A program made the translations under genes and the position numbers. Of a DNA stretch of 64,000 bases, positions 1 to 8,730 are shown piece after piece (within the stretch, counting starts at the first letter, position 1; the number at the start of each line of letters is the position of its first letter). The stretch comes from Clostridia bacterium (GTDB taxonomy: Bacteria > Bacillota > Clostridia > UMGS1883), in contig JAZOSB010000007.1 of assembly GCA_045656865.1 (NCBI GenBank), forward strand, positions 8,335 to 72,334, written 5' to 3'. The notes under the pieces were generated by a model that worked only from the letters and a program-made list of their open reading frames with translations, made no database searches and was not told the DNA's origin.

Positions 1-206
1 GCCATACAATGCGTGAATGCTTTTGGGGAAATCTTTATTCCTACAAGGATAAGTACTATATGACCATGCTTCCCACGTACATACCTAAAGCGTCTGAATT
101 TGGTGCAGTATGCCCCGAAAACTATCGCAGTATAGTGGAAGAACACGGAAAAGCAATCGTGAAGAACAGTGCATTTTTATTTATACGAAATAAATTTGAA
201 GCATAA
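1..206 (+). CDS. 3' end of an unidentified protein-coding gene; the frame is open from position 1, so the ORF runs off the window start
   Basis: ORF track 9..206 with no upstream in-frame stop; followed by a terminator hairpin; no recognisable family. Confidence 0.3.
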   Translation, partial: HTMRECFWGNLYSYKDKYYMTMLPTYIPKASEFGAVCPENYRSIVEEHGKAIVKNSAFLFIRNKFEA

Positions 207-238
207 CAAAAGAGCTTGCGTTAGCAAGCTCTTTTTGT
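207..238. terminator. Bidirectional rho-independent terminator between the upstream + gene and serA
   Basis: Hairpin AAAGAGCTTGC-gtta-GCAAGCTCTTT followed by TTTTGTGT. Confidence 0.6.
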
Positions 239-252
239 GTATGGATTTATAA

Positions 253-1422
253 TTATTTGATAATTCTAACTTTAATGATACCCTCAATTGCTTTCAATTC
301 GTCTGCAATTGCGTCGTCTGCATCAGCTACATCAAGGATTGTGCAAGCATAGTCGCCACGGCTCTTATTAACCATATTTTCAATGTTGATACCCTTGTCG
401 GCAAATGCGGAGGTAATGCTTGAAATCATATTGGGAATGTTTTTGTGAAGCACTGTGATTCTTGTAGCACCTGCAGTTCTGGGAAGCTCACAGTTAGGAT
501 AGTTAACGGAATTTACAATATTACCGTTTTCCATATACTCGATAAGCTCTTTTGCAGCCATAATAGCACAGTTGTCTTCACTCTCTGCACTGGAAGCACC
601 GAGGTGGGGAATAGCAACTACACCCTGAAGACCGATAACCTCGTCAGAGGGGAAGTCTACTACGTAAGAAGAAATAAGACCAACCTCAAGCGCACTCTTA
701 AGAGCCTCTGTATCAACAAGCTCACCACGGGAGAAGTTGAGAAGCTTCGCACCTTTCTTAACGGATGACTTGAAGAGTTCAGCGTTGAACATACCGCGAG
801 TTGCATCCATAAGGGGAAGATGAAGTGTGATATAGTCAGCTTCAGCGAGAGCATCCTTAAGCTCATTCTTAATGATTGTGTGTCTGTCAAGGCTGAGTGC
901 TGCTTTAACGGAAATATAGGGGTCGTAACCGATTACTTCCATACCGAGGTAATGTGCTGCATTAGCAACGAGTACACCGATAGCACCAAGACCGATTACA
1001 GCAAGCTTCTTGCCCTTGATTTCACAGCCTGCGAAATTGCTCTTGCCCTTTTCAACCATTTTGCCTACTTCAGCACCGTTGCCCTTAAGTGTCTTTGCCC
1101 ATTCGATACCGCCAACGATATCACGGGAAGCAAGGAAGAGTCCTGCAATAGTAAGCTCCTTAACTGCGTTTGCATTAGCACCGGGAGTATTGAACACTAC
1201 AATACCCTTTTCAGCACACTTATCTGTGGGGATGTTGTTAACACCTGCACCTGCACGAGCAACCGCCTGAAGAGTTTCAGGAAGCTCCATATCGTGCATA
1301 TTGAAGCTGCGGAGAATTATACAATCAGGATTTTCACAGTTGTCTGTGATTGCATATTTTACTTTGTCAAAATTGTCAAGACCGCATTTTGCAATCTTGT
1401 TAAGAGTTAAAAGATTATACAT
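253..1422 (-). CDS. serA: D-3-phosphoglycerate dehydrogenase with C-terminal ACT domain
   Basis: NAD-binding GxGxxG motif (VIGLGAIG), 2-hydroxyacid dehydrogenase signature, ACT domain at C-terminus; start placed at MYNLLT with AAAGGAA RBS; the ORF track start at 1458 would overlap serC by 20 nt. Confidence 0.85.
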   Translation of the reverse strand: MYNLLTLNKIAKCGLDNFDKVKYAITDNCENPDCIILRSFNMHDMELPETLQAVARAGAGVNNIPTDKCAEKGIVVFNTPGANANAVKELTIAGLFLASRDIVGGIEWAKTLKGNGAEVGKMVEKGKSNFAGCEIKGKKLAVIGLGAIGVLVANAAHYLGMEVIGYDPYISVKAALSLDRHTIIKNELKDALAEADYITLHLPLMDATRGMFNAELFKSSVKKGAKLLNFSRGELVDTEALKSALEVGLISSYVVDFPSDEVIGLQGVVAIPHLGASSAESEDNCAIMAAKELIEYMENGNIVNSVNYPNCELPRTAGATRITVLHKNIPNMISSITSAFADKGINIENMVNKSRGDYACTILDVADADDAIADELKAIEGIIKVRIIK

Positions 1423-1438
1423 AGTGATCAGTTCCTTT

Positions 1439-2518
1439 TTATTTATTTTCCTGCTCAAACTTTGCCATAAACTCTACGAGAGCCTGAACGCCTTCAAGTG
1501 GCATAGCGTTGTAGATGCTTGCTCTCATACCACCAACGGATCTGTGACCCTTGAGGTTAACGAAACCTGCATCAGCAGCTTCCTTACAGAATTTCTTATC
1601 AAGGTCAGCGTCGCCTGTAACAAAGCATACATTCATCATAGAACGGCACTTTTTATCAGCTGTTGCTTTGAAAAGAGTTGAGTTATCAAGGAAATCGTAA
1701 AGAATATTTGCTTTCTTTTCGTTTCTTTCCTTCATTGCCTCAAGACCGCCGTTCTGGAGTGCCCACTTGTAAACAAGACCTGCAATATAAATTGCGTAGC
1801 AGGGAGGTGTGTTGTACATAGAATCGTTATCAGCCATTGTCTTGTAATCGAGCATTGTGGGGATATCCTCACGGGCATTTCCCATCAAATCCTCACGGAT
1901 AATAACAACTGTAAGACCGGCAGGAGCCATATTCTTCTGTGCACCTGCATATATAACGCCAAACTTTGTAACATCTACGGGCTCACTTGTAATACAGGAT
2001 GACATATCTGCAACAAGTACCTTGTCACCTACATTAGGAACTTCCGGGAACTTTGTTCCGAAAATTGTGTTGTTGTAGCATACATGAACATAATCAGCAT
2101 CCTCACGCACCATATCGGGTGTTATTTCGGGGATATAGCTGAATGTCTTATCTTCTGAAGTTGCAATGCACTTTGCATCGCCGTATTTCTTAGCCTCCTT
2201 AAAAGCTTTACCAGAGAACTGACCTGAAACAACATAGTCAGCCTTTCCTGTTTTCATAAGGTTCAGAGGAACTGCCGCAAACTGTGTTGAAGCACCACCC
2301 TGAAGGAAAAGTACCTTATAATTATCAGGGATATTCATAAGCTTTCTGAAGTTAGCTTCAGTCTCTTTGATTATTGCATCGTAAACAGGTGAACGATGGC
2401 TCATCTCCATAACACTCATACCGCTGTTTCCGAACTCAATAAGCTCCTTCTGTGCTGTTTCAAGTACCTCAAGCGGAAGCATGCTGGGACCTGCAGAAAA
2501 GTTAAATACTCTTGCCAT
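1439..2518 (-). CDS. serC: Phosphoserine aminotransferase
   Basis: 359 aa with typical SerC N-terminus (FNFSAGPSMLP) and class V aminotransferase fold; immediately upstream of serA. Confidence 0.9.
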   Translation of the reverse strand: MARVFNFSAGPSMLPLEVLETAQKELIEFGNSGMSVMEMSHRSPVYDAIIKETEANFRKLMNIPDNYKVLFLQGGASTQFAAVPLNLMKTGKADYVVSGQFSGKAFKEAKKYGDAKCIATSEDKTFSYIPEITPDMVREDADYVHVCYNNTIFGTKFPEVPNVGDKVLVADMSSCITSEPVDVTKFGVIYAGAQKNMAPAGLTVVIIREDLMGNAREDIPTMLDYKTMADNDSMYNTPPCYAIYIAGLVYKWALQNGGLEAMKERNEKKANILYDFLDNSTLFKATADKKCRSMMNVCFVTGDADLDKKFCKEAADAGFVNLKGHRSVGGMRASIYNAMPLEGVQALVEFMAKFEQENK

Positions 2519-2642
2519 AATAATTGCCTCCTAAAAATAAAAGATTAATATATATTATACTATTATATTTTTTAGGTGTCAATTTGTTTCAGTACTTTTC
2601 TAACGATTTTTCTCCAAAAAGTTCAAAAATCTTTTTCTAAAA

Positions 2643-3017
2643 TCAACCGTTAGTGGAAATTCTTGGAGATTTTATTCCTGTTACTATTTCTTTGATTCCG
2701 AATATAAGGATAAACCCACCGAAAAGTCTGGAAAGAAGCTCCGAGGACATATTTGAAGAAAGATAAGCCCCGAGCAGTGCAAACGGAATTCCTGATAAGA
2801 TAATGGGAACAGCCGTTTTGAAATCTATCTTTTTGTTTTTTATATGGATGGCAAGAGCACAGAGGGAGGAGGGAATAAAACAGAAGAGATTTAGACTTTG
2901 GGCACTTTGCTGGTTAAGACTAAGAAACATTCTTGCTGCAGGTATAAGTATCATACCTCCGCCAACACCCATTCCGCCTAAAATCCCTGACAGAAAGCCG
3001 ATAATAACAGTCAGCAT
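2643..3017 (-). CDS. TauE/SafE (DUF81/TSUP) family membrane protein, half-size unit (second of a split pair)
   Basis: 124 aa, 4 predicted TM segments, Gly-rich GxGGG repeat motif; own GGAGGG RBS 4 nt after the stop of the upstream half. Confidence 0.7.
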   Translation of the reverse strand: MLTVIIGFLSGILGGMGVGGGMILIPAARMFLSLNQQSAQSLNLFCFIPSSLCALAIHIKNKKIDFKTAVPIILSGIPFALLGAYLSSNMSSELLSRLFGGFILIFGIKEIVTGIKSPRISTNG

Positions 3018-3021
3018 ATAA

Positions 3022-3375
3022 TCACCCTCCTATCAGTAGTTTTACAGATGCAAAAATCATAACGGCTCCGAAACCTATACGGATAAATCTTCCCGAAAGA
3101 CGGGAAAGGAGCTTTGCTCCCAAAAGAGCCCCTAAGGTAGCACCGCCTGCCGCTTTTATAATGTTTCCCATATCTGCAAACCCTGCCATAGTGTAGACGA
3201 ACACTCCTGCAACGGTCAGCGGAAGAATAATCATAATAGAGGTTGCGTGTGCCTTTTTTTCGTCAAGGGAAAAGAATTTTTGCAAAATCAGAACGGCAAT
3301 AATTCCTCCGCCCGAAGCAAAAAATCCGTTTATAAATCCAATGGGGATACCCCATAACAATCCTTTTTTCTTCAT
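3022..3375 (-). CDS. TauE/SafE (DUF81/TSUP) family membrane protein, half-size unit (first of a split pair)
   Basis: 117 aa, SGGGIIAV motif, 4 TM; its ATG overlaps the spo0A stop (ATGA). Confidence 0.7.
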   Translation of the reverse strand: MKKKGLLWGIPIGFINGFFASGGGIIAVLILQKFFSLDEKKAHATSIMIILPLTVAGVFVYTMAGFADMGNIIKAAGGATLGALLGAKLLSRLSGRFIRIGFGAVMIFASVKLLIGG

Positions 3376-4178
3376 CAGGATACCAGCATTTCAAGGCGGA
3401 GCTTGTCTGCAATCATCGCAATAAATTCAGAGTTTGTGGGCTTCCCCTTATTATTGCTTACCGTGTAGCCGAAGAGTTTATAAAGCTCTTCCTCATTGCC
3501 TCTGATACAAGCCACTTCAATAGCGTGACGGATAGCTCTTTCAACACGACTTGGCGAGGTATTATGCCTTGTGGCAACCTTGGGATAAAGCTGCTTTGTA
3601 ACGGCATTTATAAGCTCTGTATCCTTTATGCTCATAATAATTGCATCACGGAGGTACTGGTATCCCTTGATATTTGCAGGAACACCTACGGAATGAATTG
3701 TCTTGGTTACGGAAATTTCAAGTGCGCGGTCACTGGGACGGTCGCCCGATGCACCCTTTTCCGCATATGCAATTTCCTGTATGGAGCTTCCTGCAAGCTT
3801 GGGCATACACAGAAGCTTTATCCTCTCATAAACAGTTTCGTTGTCACAGGGTTTTATCATAAAATAATCTGCACCCAACTGCATACAGATGTTGGTTACG
3901 TGCTCTCTTTTTGCACCGCTCATAACAATTACCACGGGGCGGTAATTACGGGAAAGAGCATTTATTTCTTTCAAAAGACCGATGCCGTCAAGCTGAGGCA
4001 GAACAATGTCCATAAGTATAGCATCGGGAGAATACTTCTTTATTTTTTCCAGTGCATCAATTCCGTCAGATGCGGCGGCAATAAGCTCAATATCGCTTTT
4101 CCCGTCAAAAAATGATTTCATTTGCATAGTAAGTTCGCGGTTGTTGTCTGCAATAAGCAGTTTTATCTTGGTTTTCAT
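3375..4178 (-). CDS. spo0A: Sporulation master regulator Spo0A (response regulator)
   Basis: CheY-like receiver domain (LLIADNN..D..MDI) plus Spo0A-specific C-terminal DNA-binding domain ([19 protein letters not shown] ... [16 protein letters not shown]). Confidence 0.95.
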   Translation of the reverse strand: MKTKIKLLIADNNRELTMQMKSFFDGKSDIELIAAASDGIDALEKIKKYSPDAILMDIVLPQLDGIGLLKEINALSRNYRPVVIVMSGAKREHVTNICMQLGADYFMIKPCDNETVYERIKLLCMPKLAGSSIQEIAYAEKGASGDRPSDRALEISVTKTIHSVGVPANIKGYQYLRDAIIMSIKDTELINAVTKQLYPKVATRHNTSPSRVERAIRHAIEVACIRGNEEELYKLFGYTVSNNKGKPTNSEFIAMIADKLRLEMLVS

Positions 4179-4295
4179 ACTGTTTCCTCCAATTTGTTTT
4201 TTATTGTAGTTTGAATATTACCATATTTTGGAAATTAATGCAAGAACTTTTTTCCAAAATATGGTAAAAAAATAAAAACCGACGAAATACAGCAA

Positions 4296-4345
4296 CATAA
4301 AAAAACAGATATACCAAAATTTCGGCATATCTGTTTTTCCTTGCT
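4296..4345 (-). terminator. Rho-independent terminator downstream of psd
   Basis: 12-bp stem AAAAACAGATAT/ATATCTGTTTTT followed on the minus strand by a T-run. Confidence 0.6.
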
Positions 4346-5215
4346 TTAGTGCACAACTGTTGTTTTGTGTAATTGCTTTTCAGTAATTTTACTTTCGGCA
4401 TTTCCTATCCATTCGCCAAGGGTTACTTTAACCTCGCTGTTTTGGGAAAGGTTTTTCATAATATTTTCTTTAAGACTTATTTTACCTTTTTTAAAAAGGA
4501 GTACAATAGTGGAACCTGCAAGCTCGAAATGTCCCTTTTCTTCACCTTTGGAGAAATGCGCATTAGCCTTTTCATTAGCTATGCCGCCTACTATTAACGC
4601 CCCTATTTCACACTGAATAACATTTCCGAAATTTTCAGTTTCGAGCAGGCACCAGCTTCTTCTGTTTTTTACATATACAGGATATTTTTCGCAGGCAATG
4701 GGCTGTACACTATGTAGCGCACCCTCAATAAAATTGTTTTCTCCCTGATAACCATTATCTATATAACAGTAGTGATGATAGTCGGAAGCACACAGTCTGA
4801 AAATTAAACAGTCACCTCCGATATAGTTCTTCGCAAGCTCTTCATCCTGCAAAAAATCCCTGAGTGAGTAGTGGGAATTTTTGATGGAAAATCGGCTTTG
4901 TTCATCTATTTTAAAGACACTCAGCCAACTGTCACACGGACTTATTAAGTGCTCGGGTGTCATATCTGTTTCGTCATTCACTCTTGTCCTTGCAAATAAA
5001 TCCCTGAATGAATGGAAAGTTGCTTTTTCCTCCTCTGTCACAGAGATGTTATTTCGTTTTATATAGCCGTTATTCAAGATTTTTGAGAAGCGTGAACGAA
5101 GAAACCATACAGCGATGCGGTCCAGATGCAGTGCCATTACCGTTTTTAAAAGGACACGACCGATAATTGTACCGTATAAAAAACTGACTGCTTTGGAGGT
5201 GTTATTCATATTCAT
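4346..5215 (-). CDS. psd: Phosphatidylserine decarboxylase proenzyme
   Basis: PSD-family motifs (CASDYHHY) and LAGST self-cleavage motif (FELAGSTIV); forms an operon with pssA. Confidence 0.85.
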   Translation of the reverse strand: MNMNNTSKAVSFLYGTIIGRVLLKTVMALHLDRIAVWFLRSRFSKILNNGYIKRNNISVTEEEKATFHSFRDLFARTRVNDETDMTPEHLISPCDSWLSVFKIDEQSRFSIKNSHYSLRDFLQDEELAKNYIGGDCLIFRLCASDYHHYCYIDNGYQGENNFIEGALHSVQPIACEKYPVYVKNRRSWCLLETENFGNVIQCEIGALIVGGIANEKANAHFSKGEEKGHFELAGSTIVLLFKKGKISLKENIMKNLSQNSEVKVTLGEWIGNAESKITEKQLHKTTVVH

Positions 5216-5826
5216 CCCCCCAGCATAACGGCTACCAAGCCAACAATTCCAACGACAAGCATAATGATTTTTCCGATAAAACCGGGCTTTTTAAGCTTAA
5301 ACGGAGCTATAAATGCAACTGCAACAGCAAGGAGCACCCAGGGCAAAACCTTGCCCGCGGGCAGACTCAACAACTGCACTATTCCTGTGGAAATAGGTAA
5401 AATTAGTGCCGTAGTTGTAACTGGCAGACCGAGATAAACCGCACGACTGCCGTCCTCCTTGTTCTGCCTTTCTTCCTCATCTACATTAAACCATGCAAGA
5501 CGGACTAATGCGGATAAAAGATACGCTATTGAAATAGAAAGGTAAATCGATTCCCTGTTGGTTAATTTCCATACGATAAGTGCAGGAAGCACCCCAAAAC
5601 AAACAAGGTCACTTAATGAATCTATCTGGATACCGAATCTTTTTTCCTGGTCAGTACGTTTCATAGTTGAGGCAATTTTCCCGTCAAACATATCGCAGAA
5701 TCCTGCCACCATCAGGCAAATGAGAGCCATTCTTAAATTTCCGTTGAATGTGTATGTGATTCCGGTAAAACCAAATACAGCACCTATATATGTCAGAATA
5801 ACAGTATAATTATAATAACCAATCAT
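5212..5826 (-). CDS. pssA: CDP-diacylglycerol--serine O-phosphatidyltransferase (CDP-alcohol phosphatidyltransferase family)
   Basis: CDP-OH phosphatidyltransferase motif D-x2-DG-x2-AR...G-x3-D-x3-D (DMFDGKIAS ... DSLSDLVCFG); 4-nt overlap with psd. Confidence 0.8.
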   Translation of the reverse strand: MIGYYNYTVILTYIGAVFGFTGITYTFNGNLRMALICLMVAGFCDMFDGKIASTMKRTDQEKRFGIQIDSLSDLVCFGVLPALIVWKLTNRESIYLSISIAYLLSALVRLAWFNVDEEERQNKEDGSRAVYLGLPVTTTALILPISTGIVQLLSLPAGKVLPWVLLAVAVAFIAPFKLKKPGFIGKIIMLVVGIVGLVAVMLGG

Positions 5827-5870
5827 CTTTATCTCCTGCTTTGCTAAACAATTTATAGTATTTAAGATGA

Positions 5871-5899
5871 ATTATATCACAAAATATTGTTTTAATCAA
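5871..5899 (-). promoter_or_regulatory. Putative sigma-A promoter of pssA-psd
   Basis: On the minus strand TTGATT-17 nt-TATAAT, about 45 nt upstream of the pssA ATG. Confidence 0.5.
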
Positions 5900-6031
5900 C
5901 TATTTTTATGGCGGAGATTGTCGAAATGACACTTAATATGTGTGTTACTTCATATTATTTTACGGCTTGTGCGTCTTTCTTTATTTTTCTAAATCTCATT
6001 TGGTTAATTTTTTTTGTTTTGGGTTTAAATT

Positions 6032-8635
6032 CTATTTTACAAGCTCCTTTCCAAGTCTTATAAGCTGAATCACAACTGTCGGGATAAGTGCCAATCCAAT
6101 TATTGCTGCAAACTGTACAAGGCTGAGAGTGGATACTTCAAACAAGCTTCTAAGGAACGGTACAAACAGAACCAATAATAACAAAACGATACCGGCAACA
6201 AAGGCATATACGCTTGCCATATTACTTTTAAATCCAATTTTAAAAACGGATTGCTCGCTTCTACAGTTGAAACCGTGGAACAAACGTGCCATTGTAAGGG
6301 TTGCAAATGCCATAGTGCTCGCCAACGTCTCACTACCGGAGCTAAGGCCAATATGGAAGGCTGACATCGTACAGACAGCAATCAAGCCACCTTGAAGCAG
6401 AAGCTTAAGCATAAATTTCTTGTTTAAAATACTCTTTTTTGGGTCTCGAGGTTTCTTGGAAAGTAGATTATCTTCTGCAGGTTCCATGCCAATGGCAATC
6501 GCAGGAAGAGAGTCTGTTAATAAATTCATAAACAGCAAATGCACCGGTGCAAATGGTACGGGAAGTGCAAGTATTGATGTATATAGCACAGATATGATAC
6601 CTGCCATATTGCCGGAAAGCAGAAACTTAATTGCATTTTTAATGTTTACGTAAACATTTCTTCCGTTTGCAACCGCTTTGATGATTGTTGCAAAGTTGTC
6701 ATCCGTTAGAATCATTGCAGAAGCATCCTTGGAAACTTCGGTTCCCGTAATTCCCATAGCTACTCCAATATCTGCTTTTTTCAGTGCCGGTGCATCATTC
6801 ACACCGTCTCCTGTCATAGCAACAACATTACCTTTTTTCTGCCAGGCGTTAACGATTTGAATTTTGTTTTCAGGTGATACACGGGCAAACACAGAAATCC
6901 TACCAATTTTTTCGTCCAATTCTTCTTCCGACATTGCATCCAGCTCCACACCTGTTAATGCCATATCGCCAGCTTCGAAGATCCCGATTTGCTTTGCGAT
7001 GGCTGTTGCTGTTATTTTATGATCACCGGTAATCATAATAGGCTTAATGCCTGCTTTTTTTGCATCTGTTACCGCATCTTTGGATTCTTCTCTTGGAGGA
7101 TCCATCATAGAAATCAATCCAATAAAGATATAATCGTTTTCATCTGTAAGTTCAAGGGTTTTGGTTGATTCCGTTTCTTTGTAGGCAAATGCAAGGACAC
7201 GAAGGCCGTTTTGAGAAAATATAGTGTTTTTTTCAAGTATTTGTTCTTTGTCTTCCGAGGTGATACGACGAATTCCCTCGCTTGTACGGATATAGCTTGT
7301 TCTGTCAAGTAATACGTCAAGAGCTCCTTTGGTTAATATGGTGGGAATACCGTGAAGACGATACATTGTAGACATAAGCTTTCTGTCAGAGTCAAATGGT
7401 ATCTCTGCTAATCGAGGCATAGTTTCACGTAAAAGCTCTTCGTCCAGGTCAATGGAACGTACCATCTCCAACAGGCAGTATTCTGTTGGATCACCTATTC
7501 CTCTACCATCTATGACAGAGGAGTCATTTGTTAAAACTGCATTATACAACAGATAACGATGTAGCTGATTTCCTAAATTCAGCTCCTTAGGCTCAATGGT
7601 CTGTCCGTCCACATACACCTGCTGAACAGTCATTTTATTCTGTGTCAAAGTCCCTGTTTTATCAGAACAGATAACAGATACACAACCAAGACTTTCTACC
7701 GCTTTCAGTTCTTTAATAATAGCATTTTCTTTTGCCATTTTTTGTGTTCCCATTGCTTGAACAATCGTTACGATGGAGCTAAGTGCCTCAGGAATCGCAG
7801 CTACTGCCAATGCAACTGCGAACATCAGAGAATCCATAACAGGCATTTTGCGATAAAGACTTAATCCAAATACAATTACAGAGATAACCATAATTACCAT
7901 TGCCAAACGACTGCTGAACTGATCCAGACTAATCTGCAGAGGAGTTTTTTTCTCTTTTGTTGCACTCATCATAGCTGCAATCTTGCCAATTTCTGTATTC
8001 ATTCCCGTGCCGGTAACCACAACCGTTGCACGTCCGTAAGTTACTAAACTTCCGGAATGAACCATGTTTATTCTGTCAGCCAACGGAACGTCTTCTGCCA
8101 GGTCAATTGCTTGCTTATCTACATTCGTAGACTCTCCTGTCAAAGAGCTCTCGTTTACTTGCAGAGAAAAATTTTCCAGAATCCGACCGTCTGCAACTAC
8201 CATATCTCCGGCTTCTAAGATAACAATATCACCAGGAACAATATTTTTGGAAAGAATCTCAATTTTCTTACCGTCACGAATGACCTTTGCATTGGGCGAA
8301 GACAAGGATTTCAAGCTATCTAATGTTTTCTCGGCTTTTTTATGTTGCACAGTACCCAGCATTGCATTCATGATGATGACAGCAAAAATTACTATCGTAC
8401 TCTCTGCATTTCCGGATACCATAGAAATAATAGCTGCAACAACCAAAATAATTACCAGAAGGTCTGAAAATTGAGAGAGGAACACTTCTAACGTGCTTTT
8501 CTTTTTACCCTCATGCAACACGTTTTCTCCTTTTTCTTTCAGCAGAATTTCGGCTTTTGCTTTTGAGTGCCCCTGAAGAGTTACATCGAATTCTTCCAAA
8601 ATCTTTTCTTTAGTGAGTAAATAATAGTTTTTCAT
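6032..8635 (-). CDS. Calcium-translocating P-type ATPase (PMCA/SERCA-like, P2 family)
   Basis: CSDKTGTLT phosphorylation motif, TGDGVNDAPALKKADIG hinge, 10-TM architecture; start placed at MKNYYLL with TAGGAGG RBS (the ORF track start at 8722 is upstream read-through). Confidence 0.9.
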   Translation of the reverse strand: MKNYYLLTKEKILEEFDVTLQGHSKAKAEILLKEKGENVLHEGKKKSTLEVFLSQFSDLLVIILVVAAIISMVSGNAESTIVIFAVIIMNAMLGTVQHKKAEKTLDSLKSLSSPNAKVIRDGKKIEILSKNIVPGDIVILEAGDMVVADGRILENFSLQVNESSLTGESTNVDKQAIDLAEDVPLADRINMVHSGSLVTYGRATVVVTGTGMNTEIGKIAAMMSATKEKKTPLQISLDQFSSRLAMVIMVISVIVFGLSLYRKMPVMDSLMFAVALAVAAIPEALSSIVTIVQAMGTQKMAKENAIIKELKAVESLGCVSVICSDKTGTLTQNKMTVQQVYVDGQTIEPKELNLGNQLHRYLLYNAVLTNDSSVIDGRGIGDPTEYCLLEMVRSIDLDEELLRETMPRLAEIPFDSDRKLMSTMYRLHGIPTILTKGALDVLLDRTSYIRTSEGIRRITSEDKEQILEKNTIFSQNGLRVLAFAYKETESTKTLELTDENDYIFIGLISMMDPPREESKDAVTDAKKAGIKPIMITGDHKITATAIAKQIGIFEAGDMALTGVELDAMSEEELDEKIGRISVFARVSPENKIQIVNAWQKKGNVVAMTGDGVNDAPALKKADIGVAMGITGTEVSKDASAMILTDDNFATIIKAVANGRNVYVNIKNAIKFLLSGNMAGIISVLYTSILALPVPFAPVHLLFMNLLTDSLPAIAIGMEPAEDNLLSKKPRDPKKSILNKKFMLKLLLQGGLIAVCTMSAFHIGLSSGSETLASTMAFATLTMARLFHGFNCRSEQSVFKIGFKSNMASVYAFVAGIVLLLLVLFVPFLRSLFEVSTLSLVQFAAIIGLALIPTVVIQLIRLGKELVK

Positions 8636-8659
8636 ATGTCCTCCTATTAAAGAATATAA

Positions 8660-8710
8660 AAATATAAAAAGACTTTTGGTCATGATATTATCATGACCAA
8701 AAGTTTTTCT
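8660..8710. terminator. Bidirectional terminator (perfect 15-bp palindrome) between spoIVB and the ATPase
   Basis: ACTTTTGGTCATGAT-att-ATCATGACCAAAAGT flanked by A/T runs on both sides. Confidence 0.65.
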
Positions 8711-8730
8711 CAAAAATGTCAACTGTTTTT

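Noticed and set aside
820-1410. Antisense and overlapping ORFs inside confirmed genes (for example 820..1410+, 3525..4115+, 30208..30864-, 33512..34309-, 34313..34984-, 49424..50089-, 52506..53255-, 55233..55844-, 59096..59896-, 50583..50984-)
   Set aside because: Each lies on the opposite strand or in an alternative frame of a gene with clear homology. None has an RBS or recognisable motifs, and their compositions look like reverse-translated coding sequence.
8636-8722. N-terminal extensions proposed by the ORF track for several genes (ATPase 8722, secD 13115, permease 14524, SLH-SGNH 20787, thiW 38814, rsuA 48556, glgD 60162, glgA 61235, coaE 43997, serA 1458)
   Set aside because: Internal ATGs with good Shine-Dalgarno sequences and family-typical N-termini were found. 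The extensions cover upstream terminators, riboswitch sequence or neighbouring genes.
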